DNA of 64,000 nt from an uncultured delta proteobacterium (GTDB lineage Bacteria; Myxococcota; Myxococcia; Myxococcales; Myxococcaceae), in the NCBI GenBank assembly GCA_963713045.1, contig CAVQKE010000003.1, positions 160,001 to 224,000 of the forward strand, in the 5' to 3' direction. The notes beneath the pieces are model-generated. The model had not been told where the DNA came from, made no database searches, and worked only from the letters and a program-made list of their open reading frames with translations. Of this stretch, positions 56,938 to 64,000 are shown piece after piece. Position numbers and translations under genes: made by a program. Position 1 is the stretch's first letter. The number at the start of each line of letters is the position of its first letter.

Positions 56938-57656
56938 CAGTGGCGTTGAAACGCTTGGCCGGCGCCGCTTGGGCCTTTCGCGCCCAGGTCGAAGTGGACG
57001 CAGCGCGCAGGTTCGCACGACTGGCAGCGGCCATCTTTGAGTTCGACCCTGAATCCCCAACCGTCGCGCTGATGCGGCGGGCCGTGGAGGACGAGCAACG
57101 CCACGCTGCGCTGTGCGCAGAGCTTTCGGCGTCCTACGGTGTGGCCGTCCCGACCGAGCCGCCCGCTCTCGCGGACGTCGCACCGGCCAGACTAGCGCCG
57201 CGTCAGGCCTTGCTTTACGAAGTCGTGGCTGCCTGCTGCATTACCGAGACCGAGAGCGTAGCGACACTCGCCACGCTGCTGGCCGAGCAGGCTGAGCCGC
57301 GCGTCCGCGCAGTGCTCCACGAGATTGCTCGAGACGAGGTGGGCCACGGGCGAATGGGCTGGGCCCACCTCGCTCGTGAAGCGACCTTCCTCGATGTCGC
57401 CTTCCTGTCGCCGTGGATTCCCGTGATGCTCACCGGGACCGTCGACGACAGCCTCTTTGCCGTTGCGGACCCGGAGGCCGAGGCAGAGGGTCTTCTTCGC
57501 CACGGTGTTCTTCCCCACTCACAAAAGCGGCAAGTGTTTGTGCGCACACTACTGGACGTGGTCTTCCCCGGCCTGGATGCGCTCGGCGTCGACGCGTCCG
57601 CGGCGCGTGCTTGGCTTGCCGGGCGAGAACACGGCGGCGCCCGCATCACCACCTGA
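56934..57656 (+). CDS. Ferritin-like diiron-carboxylate protein
   Basis: E..(RAQVE), EDEQRH, CCITETES, RDEVGH: paired E/ExxH motifs. Confidence 0.8.
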   Translation: MTVALKRLAGAAWAFRAQVEVDAARRFARLAAAIFEFDPESPTVALMRRAVEDEQRHAALCAELSASYGVAVPTEPPALADVAPARLAPRQALLYEVVAACCITETESVATLATLLAEQAEPRVRAVLHEIARDEVGHGRMGWAHLAREATFLDVAFLSPWIPVMLTGTVDDSLFAVADPEAEAEGLLRHGVLPHSQKRQVFVRTLLDVVFPGLDALGVDASAARAWLAGREHGGARITT

Positions 57657-57697
57657 ACGTCTCGCCCCGGAACACCGTCAGCCCAGGGACGCCGGGG

Positions 57698-57976
57698 TTA
57701 GAAGTTGCCGGACATTGACGACGGCACCGAGGCGATGAGCGCGGCGGTGAAGAGTGCCCCCCCAGCACCGCCGATGCCGAAGGCCAAGCCCAGCGGACTG
57801 AGCACCCACAGCCGAGCGAGCAGGTCCGGGTAGGCCGTCAAGGCTCCCCCGCTGACGGCCCCCACCACACCAATCACAATGTCCGCAACGACGTTGATGC
57901 CGGTCCAGCGCGCGAAGGCAATGTGCCAGAAGATGCCGAGCACGGCTCCAAGGATGGCGAAGAGAAAGACGCTCAT
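57698..57976 (-). CDS. GlsB/YeaQ/YmgE (transglycosylase-associated) membrane protein
   Basis: Small 3-TM protein, ADIVIGVVGAVSGG. Confidence 0.6.
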   Translation of the reverse strand: MSVFLFAILGAVLGIFWHIAFARWTGINVVADIVIGVVGAVSGGALTAYPDLLARLWVLSPLGLAFGIGGAGGALFTAALIASVPSSMSGNF

Positions 57977-58081
57977 GGCAGGCCAGGCCCTCCGGTCAGA
58001 TTTCGTCCGCTGGCAGCTTTAGCGTACCCACTGCGGCTGGGGAAGCGTCTTGGACGGAATGCGTCGGACTGCGTGTCGCCG

Positions 58082-59488
58082 TCAGAAGACGTAGGCGAGT
58101 GCGAACAGAAGACTCAACGTCTGTAGCGTGAGCTTCTGCTGCGGTCCGGTCTGGGGAGGTACGCCCGGAGGCGTGACCTGGAACAGCGCAGTGGACGAGC
58201 TTCCAAATTCATAGCCGAGGCCAACCGAGCCCGAGATGCTGGCACTGGTGATGGACACCCCACCCCGAACTCCGGCGAGGGAAATGGACCGGTAAATGTT
58301 GGAGGCCACGTTGCCGGGTGCGTTGTCGGTGTAGAAGCCGGCGTGGAGGTGGACGAGGCTGGTGAGTCGGAAGTGGGCACCCACGTTGAGGTCGAGGACT
58401 CCGCGCGTGCCCCACACTTGAGTCGGGAAGCTACTGACTGTTGTCGCCGGTCCATAGCGAGTGGAGTTGACCGTGAAGACTGGGACCGATGAACTGACGG
58501 CGTCATAGGGGCCTGTGCCTAGAAACCAATGTCCGTCGAGTTCCAGGTCCACTGGGCCGAAGTGGAGAGCAAAGCCTGCGGACAACTCTGCCGGAATCTC
58601 ATAGTTAAAGGTCGCCCCCGTGTCTCGGAAGCTCAGCTGCTGAGTGATGGTGGACGTGCTCGACGTCTCATTGCTGAGCGCTTGGAGCGTCAGACTTCCG
58701 GACCGTAGCAACCGAAGCCCAGGGGGAGAAATCATGCCGCCCAACGCCAGCCAGTCCAGGGCCTCCCATTGAAAGCTGGCAGCGGGGACGACGTGAAAAT
58801 TGTAGCCGCTCAGGGCAATCGTTCTCAGCGAACCCACCGACGTCGTCGCGTTGTGCTCGGAGCCGGTCAGCTGCCCTGAGTTGTTAATGTTGGTGTAGGG
58901 AACCGACAACGAGAAGCCCAAGCGAAATTTTGGGCTCACCGCCCAGCCCATCGCGGATTGCACCTGGAATTGCTGGACTTGCGAGCCCACCTGGTACAGC
59001 GCTTGTGCCGTGGTCGCCGAGGTGCTGGACAGATTGATGCTCTGACCCCAGGCGATGGGATTGCTCACCGCGAACCCGAATCGCAAATTCTTGAGGTGAA
59101 TGGCCTCCTCCCCGAGGACGATTCCGACGAAGTTCGGAACACCACCGACGCTGGAGACTTGAGAACCCTGCTCATTGAATCCCGAACCAGTGAGCAGCGA
59201 TAGTTCGTAGCCTTGGACGCTGGCGTTGATGGTCGTCCGCGTCGAGAGCACCAGTCCTGCTGGGTTGTACCAAACGGCTGGAGCCGTCCAGGCGCGGACC
59301 AAGTCGGCACCCGACTCCAACGACTCGGTCAGTCCGGGAAAGACACGGTTGTAATTCGGTACGAGAATTGTCGGTGGAAAAACCAGTTGAGATAGCTGAG
59401 CGCTCGCTCGCCCGGGGACAAAACAGGCGGTGATGGCCACCCCGAGGATGCATCCCCAGCCACCGAAGCCTGAAGCCTGACGGCCCAT
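58082..59488 (-). CDS. Outer-membrane beta-barrel, FadL/OmpP1-like
   Basis: Signal peptide, AVWYNPAGL, amphipathic strands, GFYTD.AP, terminal AYVF. Confidence 0.7.
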   Translation of the reverse strand: MGRQASGFGGWGCILGVAITACFVPGRASAQLSQLVFPPTILVPNYNRVFPGLTESLESGADLVRAWTAPAVWYNPAGLVLSTRTTINASVQGYELSLLTGSGFNEQGSQVSSVGGVPNFVGIVLGEEAIHLKNLRFGFAVSNPIAWGQSINLSSTSATTAQALYQVGSQVQQFQVQSAMGWAVSPKFRLGFSLSVPYTNINNSGQLTGSEHNATTSVGSLRTIALSGYNFHVVPAASFQWEALDWLALGGMISPPGLRLLRSGSLTLQALSNETSSTSTITQQLSFRDTGATFNYEIPAELSAGFALHFGPVDLELDGHWFLGTGPYDAVSSSVPVFTVNSTRYGPATTVSSFPTQVWGTRGVLDLNVGAHFRLTSLVHLHAGFYTDNAPGNVASNIYRSISLAGVRGGVSITSASISGSVGLGYEFGSSSTALFQVTPPGVPPQTGPQQKLTLQTLSLLFALAYVF

Positions 59489-59661
59489 GCGCCCCTCTGC
59501 GCAATGCGGAAACTGTCCGCTCAAAACGCTAACGTGCAAGCTACCGCGACTGAACAAAGCGAGCGATGGCCTTTCCTAAGCGGTCTACGGCAGTGGCCCT
59601 CCAGCCTCGCGGGAAAGGCCGCGTCGAGCGGCCCGCACATTCAATGATGTGTCGCGGCACC

Positions 59662-61608
59662 TTACCCGACAAGGGCGAGAGCCCAGACCGGGAAGATGCG
59701 GAGGTAAGCGTCGTAGTGGATGGCGCACGTTCTGTTGAAGACGCCGGCGAGATGCTCCGCAGGCCAGCGCCCATCCGCCTGCTGCCGTGCCTTCAAAAAC
59801 GCGGCACCTCGCTGTGCTGCCTGGCTTTTGGCCTCCCCACAGGCGTGCAGGGCAAGCAGCGCCCAGGACGTCATCACCGCCTGACCGCCTTCTGCGTTCA
59901 CCCAGGTGCGTTGCCGGCAACTCTCGATGGTTTCCCCCCAGCCGCCATCCCGCAGCTGGTGGGCGCGCAGGAATGACGCCGCTCGTCGGAAAGCCGGATG
60001 CTCCACCTCCACTCCGGCAGAACGGAGCCCCCAGGTGCCGAACCAAGTTCCATAGCTGAAACAGACGCCCCAGGACCCTTCCCACCCACCGTCTTCCCGC
60101 TGCCGCTGCAAAATGAAGTCACGCCCGCGCTGGATTGCCGCCCGAAGCTCCGCGACGCGGGTTTTGGGGAGGGCTGCGGTGGCTTGCACATAGGACTCCA
60201 GTGCCTGCACACAGGCAGAGGTGCACTCGACATAGGAGTAGTCCACCATGATGTTGGCGAAGACGTCCGATGGATTGAGCAATTCGAGCCAGGCGGGCCC
60301 GCGCCGCAACTCGTAGGTGGCCCAGCCTCCGTCTGCGTTTTGCAACGAGAGCAGAAGGCTCACCGCATCAGAAAACCGTTGCGAAGACAGCGCCCACGCG
60401 CAGGGCTCGAGCTTTGCCAGAGCGAGGGCCGCTTTCAGCGCTTCTGCCGTGCAATCGCTGATAGGCCAGCCGTGCGCGCGGGTGCTGAAGGGCCAACCCC
60501 CCTTGCTTGGATGTCGATAAAAGCGCTCCGGTTGGCGTGTGTTTTCAAGGACCTGCTGCTCTGAGACAAAGCGGTGCGCGCCGGCCAGCGTCGCTCGCAT
60601 CCGCCTGCCCTCGCCGGTAGCGGCGATCGCTTGGACAGCAAACGCGGTGTCCCACAGTTGGGAGGAGTTGTACCCATTCATCTTCAGCCCGTCCGGGCCC
60701 TCCCACAGGTAGTCCTCGAGACACGAGACGTGCGCGTCGACTTCCGGTCCCCCAGGGCGCTCGAAGTGCCAGACCAAAGTGTTGTAGAGCTTGTTCACCG
60801 GCCCAATGCAGATGTGGTGGGTGGCTTCATCCTCTGCTTGGATTTGGTCCAGCACTTCCGCCAGCGCCCGCTCGCGTAGTGCTTTGAGGTGAGTGCCCTC
60901 ATAGGCCGCGAGCAGCCGGTTCACCCGCGCAAGCAGGGTTGTCCGGGGGGTGTACGCATCCGTCGGAGACACCCTGTCCCGCGCGCCCCGCCAGTCAATG
61001 GCGGAGTACGGCTCGGAATAGAGCTCCGAGCGGAGCGCCTGCAGCAATGGGGTATCTGCAACCCGCGCCCGCCGGCCGTAGAGATGGCTCATCGGCAGGT
61101 ACACCATCCTGCAGTGGCACCACAGGCGTCCTGGATGCAGCGGGAGCCAGCGCGGAAGCAGCCACAATTCGGGCGGAACCGGAGAGAGCCCTTCGTAGTC
61201 GTAGAGGCGCAGCACGGCGAGCATGAACTTTCCCCAGGACGCCGAGCCCAGGGCTCCGCCGTGGGGTAAAAACCACGCCCGGGCTCGGGCCAATCCAGCA
61301 TCCTCGCGCTCGACACCGAGGAGTCGAAGGGCCACGTAGTTGAGCACCGAAGTGAAAACCTGGCTGCTGGCCTCCACGTCGAGTCCCCAGCCTCCGTCAG
61401 GATTCTGGTGGGCACGCAAGTAGCGAAGAAATCCAGCCCGCGTGGGCTCGTCGACCACCCGCCCAAGTGCATAGAGTGTGCACACATACAGCGGCGGGAG
61501 AAACAGCGGCCCACCGTAGTCACCCTTCCAGCTCCCGGACGGGTCTTGCGTGCCCGCCAGAACGTCGAGTGCCTTCTCAATGGTGGAAGGTTCGGCCAAT
61601 TTGTCCAT
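59662..61608 (-). CDS. osc: 2,3-oxidosqualene cyclase, cycloartenol-synthase type
   Basis: DCTAE, QW repeats, DYGGPLFL, LWCHCRMVYLPMS, GYNSSQLWDTAF, STRAHGWPISDC, GVFN. Confidence 0.93.
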   Translation of the reverse strand: MDKLAEPSTIEKALDVLAGTQDPSGSWKGDYGGPLFLPPLYVCTLYALGRVVDEPTRAGFLRYLRAHQNPDGGWGLDVEASSQVFTSVLNYVALRLLGVEREDAGLARARAWFLPHGGALGSASWGKFMLAVLRLYDYEGLSPVPPELWLLPRWLPLHPGRLWCHCRMVYLPMSHLYGRRARVADTPLLQALRSELYSEPYSAIDWRGARDRVSPTDAYTPRTTLLARVNRLLAAYEGTHLKALRERALAEVLDQIQAEDEATHHICIGPVNKLYNTLVWHFERPGGPEVDAHVSCLEDYLWEGPDGLKMNGYNSSQLWDTAFAVQAIAATGEGRRMRATLAGAHRFVSEQQVLENTRQPERFYRHPSKGGWPFSTRAHGWPISDCTAEALKAALALAKLEPCAWALSSQRFSDAVSLLLSLQNADGGWATYELRRGPAWLELLNPSDVFANIMVDYSYVECTSACVQALESYVQATAALPKTRVAELRAAIQRGRDFILQRQREDGGWEGSWGVCFSYGTWFGTWGLRSAGVEVEHPAFRRAASFLRAHQLRDGGWGETIESCRQRTWVNAEGGQAVMTSWALLALHACGEAKSQAAQRGAAFLKARQQADGRWPAEHLAGVFNRTCAIHYDAYLRIFPVWALALVG

Positions 61609-61611
61609 CGC

Positions 61612-62670
61612 TCAGCCAGCAGGGGACGGCAGGCCTCTGGTGTACGTCCGAAAGGCCACGCGCAGCGCCCAGTCGTTGTCGACCAAGGCTCGCGTCAAGA
61701 CCATCACTCGCTTCACTGCGGCCCGGCTGATTTTGACCGCAGGCCCGCTGAAAACCTCCGGGTTCCCGTGCAACGCTCGCAGGGTCAGGAGCGCCAGGAA
61801 GAGCGGCCAGAGGCAGAACAGCCGGATGCCCTTCTCCTCTCGGGGAAGTAGCAAGGTGTATTCCAGAGAGGTCTCGGCTTCGCGGTGCGCAACTGCGACC
61901 AGCTCGTCCAGCAACTCCAAGGCGGCGGCGCGATGGTCGTGGGAAAGTAGGTTTTCCGCGGTGAGGCCATGGCGCGCCATCAGCGTCCGCGGAAGCCAAC
62001 AGCTTCCACGCGCGGCATCCTCTCGGATGTCCTTGAGGATGTTGGTCAGCTGCAAAGCTCGGCCGAAGGCCGCGGCGCGTGGCTGGAGCTCCGGCCGAAG
62101 GACGGCCACCGTCGAGGCGTAGCCCGCGAACAAGTCTGTCAGCATCTCTCCCACCGTGCCGGCGACGTAGTAGCAGTAGGTCAGCGTCTCATTGAGGTCC
62201 CTCAGCCCCGAGCCATACCCTTCCTGCTCCAAGCCCTCCATGACGTCTGCCATGCCCGTCGTCATGTCACGCACGCAGCGGGCTATGGCTGGCCTCACCC
62301 ACGGTGGCAGCTGGGCGACCACCTGGAGGACACTGGGCGTCCCCCGCACCAGCCTGACTTCCGCAACGGGTGCAGCCGGGCGCAAGGCGGCGACGGCGGA
62401 GCTCGCGAAAGACTCCGCTGCCGAAGGCCAGCCGGCTGGGAGGGTGCACAGGTGCGCAAACTCGTCCATCAGTGGGCGGCGCGCAGCCGCGGAGGCCATC
62501 GACTCGTCCTCCAGCGTGTCGGCAATCCGACAGAGTAAATAGGCAACCGTCACCGCCAGGTCGAGCGGAGGCGGCAGCAGCGGAATATTGAGAGCGAACG
62601 TCCGGGAGACTTCGGGAAGCGTAGCTCTACAGAAACCCTCAGCGGATTCGACGCGAGACAGAAGTCGCAT
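61612..62670 (-). CDS. sqs: Squalene synthase (single-enzyme type)
   Basis: VSRTFAL, YLLCRIADTLED, YCYYVAGTVG, LQLTNILKDIRED; 3 bp from the osc start. Confidence 0.85.
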   Translation of the reverse strand: MRLLSRVESAEGFCRATLPEVSRTFALNIPLLPPPLDLAVTVAYLLCRIADTLEDESMASAAARRPLMDEFAHLCTLPAGWPSAAESFASSAVAALRPAAPVAEVRLVRGTPSVLQVVAQLPPWVRPAIARCVRDMTTGMADVMEGLEQEGYGSGLRDLNETLTYCYYVAGTVGEMLTDLFAGYASTVAVLRPELQPRAAAFGRALQLTNILKDIREDAARGSCWLPRTLMARHGLTAENLLSHDHRAAALELLDELVAVAHREAETSLEYTLLLPREEKGIRLFCLWPLFLALLTLRALHGNPEVFSGPAVKISRAAVKRVMVLTRALVDNDWALRVAFRTYTRGLPSPAG

Positions 62671-62778
62671 GGGTGGCTCGCATCCGGTCCGTTGGGCCGC
62701 CGGCCGCAGGCCGTGACCGGATGGCAAGTGGGAGCTATGTACCATAGAGAGCGGCGATCGATAAGGTGAAACCCGAAA

Positions 62779-64000
62779 ATGGAATGGCAGGGCTCTGCAA
62801 TTGTTGTGGGCGCCGGAACCGCCGGATGTGCGGTGGCCGCCGCACTGGCTGAACTCGAATTCGACGTCCTGGTGGTGGACGCGGGCATGGACCGCTCCCG
62901 CCAACTGGCCGGTGAATTGATGCACCCCTGCGGTGCCGCGGACCTGCGCTCACTCGGCTTCGACAGGGCGCTCAACGAAGCCGGGGCAGTACCAGTCAAT
63001 GGCTTCGCAGTGGTGGACGGCACCGAGCCCGGGCGCGCAACGACGTGCCTGTTGCCCTATGGCGCGCTGGGACAGGGCGTCGCGATGGAGCACAGCGCAC
63101 TGGTGGCAGCGCTTCAGGCCTCACTGGTGGGGCGTCCAGGGATTACCGTCTGGGATTCATCCCGACTGCTGCGCGTACTGCAGAACGACTCGGCCGGCGT
63201 CGAAGTGGAGGTCGCACGCCCGGACGGCAGCCAGTCCCATGCGTCAGCCCGCCTTCTCGTGGCCGCTGACGGGCGCGCCTCCAAGGTGCGAGGGCTACTT
63301 GGGATTGAAGAGGAGAATGTCCGGCTTTCGCTGATGGCCGGGACGCTGGTGGATGCAGCACACCTGCCGCACCCTGGCTTCGGCCATCTCTTTGTCGGAG
63401 GCCCGGCGCCGGTGTTGGCCTATGCCATCTCTCCGCACCGAGCGCGTGTGATGATGGACCTGCCCACCGGCGCGGAGTTGACGACGCCGCTGCGCGAGCC
63501 GCAATACCTGAGAGCCCTCCCAGCCGTCCTACAGGAGGCTGTCACCCGAGCACTCGGCCAGGAGCGGCCGCTGGCCTCGGCAAGCTTCACTCGGCTCCCA
63601 CGGCAAGTGTTTCGCGGCTCCGCGGTGCTGGTGGGAGATTCGGCTGGCTGCTGCCATCCGCTGAGCGCAAGCGGAATGTCTTCGTGCACTCGGGATGCCT
63701 TGGCGCTTCGAAGCGCCCTTCGCGGGAGCCCGGACAATGTCTCCGCTGCGCTGGCCCGCTATGCTCTCCTGCGGCGGGGGCCGCAACGGACCCGGCTGAA
63801 TCTCGCCTCTGCGCTCTACCGGTGCTTTTCTGAGGCCAGTCCGGAGATGCAAGCCCTACGGCAGGGCATCATCCGCTACTGGACGCGAAGCCCCAGCGGC
63901 CGGGATGTTTCCATGGCGCTGCTTTCGACGCGCGAGTCACGGATGTGGGTGATGTGCTTCGAATACGCCCGGGTGGTGGGCCATTCCTTCATCGCCCTCG
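62779..64000 (+). CDS. Squalene epoxidase-like FAD monooxygenase, partial (runs off the right edge; absent from the ORF track)
   Basis: Manual translation MEWQGSAIVVGAGTAG..., AGELMHP, VAADG, VGDSAGCCHPLSASGM; divergent from sqs-osc. Confidence 0.8.
   Translation, partial: MEWQGSAIVVGAGTAGCAVAAALAELEFDVLVVDAGMDRSRQLAGELMHPCGAADLRSLGFDRALNEAGAVPVNGFAVVDGTEPGRATTCLLPYGALGQGVAMEHSALVAALQASLVGRPGITVWDSSRLLRVLQNDSAGVEVEVARPDGSQSHASARLLVAADGRASKVRGLLGIEEENVRLSLMAGTLVDAAHLPHPGFGHLFVGGPAPVLAYAISPHRARVMMDLPTGAELTTPLREPQYLRALPAVLQEAVTRALGQERPLASASFTRLPRQVFRGSAVLVGDSAGCCHPLSASGMSSCTRDALALRSALRGSPDNVSAALARYALLRRGPQRTRLNLASALYRCFSEASPEMQALRQGIIRYWTRSPSGRDVSMALLSTRESRMWVMCFEYARVVGHSFIAL

Noticed and set aside
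59662..61608. Squalene-hopene cyclase
   Set aside because: Has DCTAE rather than DxDD, and an adjacent epoxidase

Overview
A GC-rich bacterial chromosome segment, very probably from a myxobacterium (MYXO-CTERM-tailed protease, AMIN protein, typical gene order). It has three zones. (1) 1-27.8 kb is core genome: serA, an M23 peptidase, a TetR-crotonase-BKACE operon, lptD, an adenylate cyclase-CRP-phosphodiesterase-accD-folC run, purMN, rpmB, gltX and tRNA-Gln(CTG). (2) About 27.8-38.8 kb is an accretion zone downstream of tRNA-Gln. It holds three extra copies of the tRNA-Gln 3' end, half of a tRNA-Arg, a decayed IS3, hicAB, a long hairpin, and four co-oriented single genes, each carrying the same 16-bp motif upstream. 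No integrase is present in the window. By eye this zone has about 27 GATC sites, against none seen in the first 27.8 kb and about 4 in the last 25 kb. (3) 39-64 kb holds older accessory genes: mgtA, rpiA, secreted Gly/Tyr/Trp-rich paralogs, a GH9, an RND pump, a small lipopeptide coupled to a ferritin-like diiron enzyme, and a minimal sterol pathway (squalene synthase, a cyclase with the cycloartenol-synthase residue triad, and a squalene epoxidase running off the end). The best candidates for an undescribed system are the integrase-less, tRNA-anchored single-gene cassette array and the lipopeptide plus diiron-enzyme pair. All calls were made by eye with no database searches, and several start codons are best guesses.
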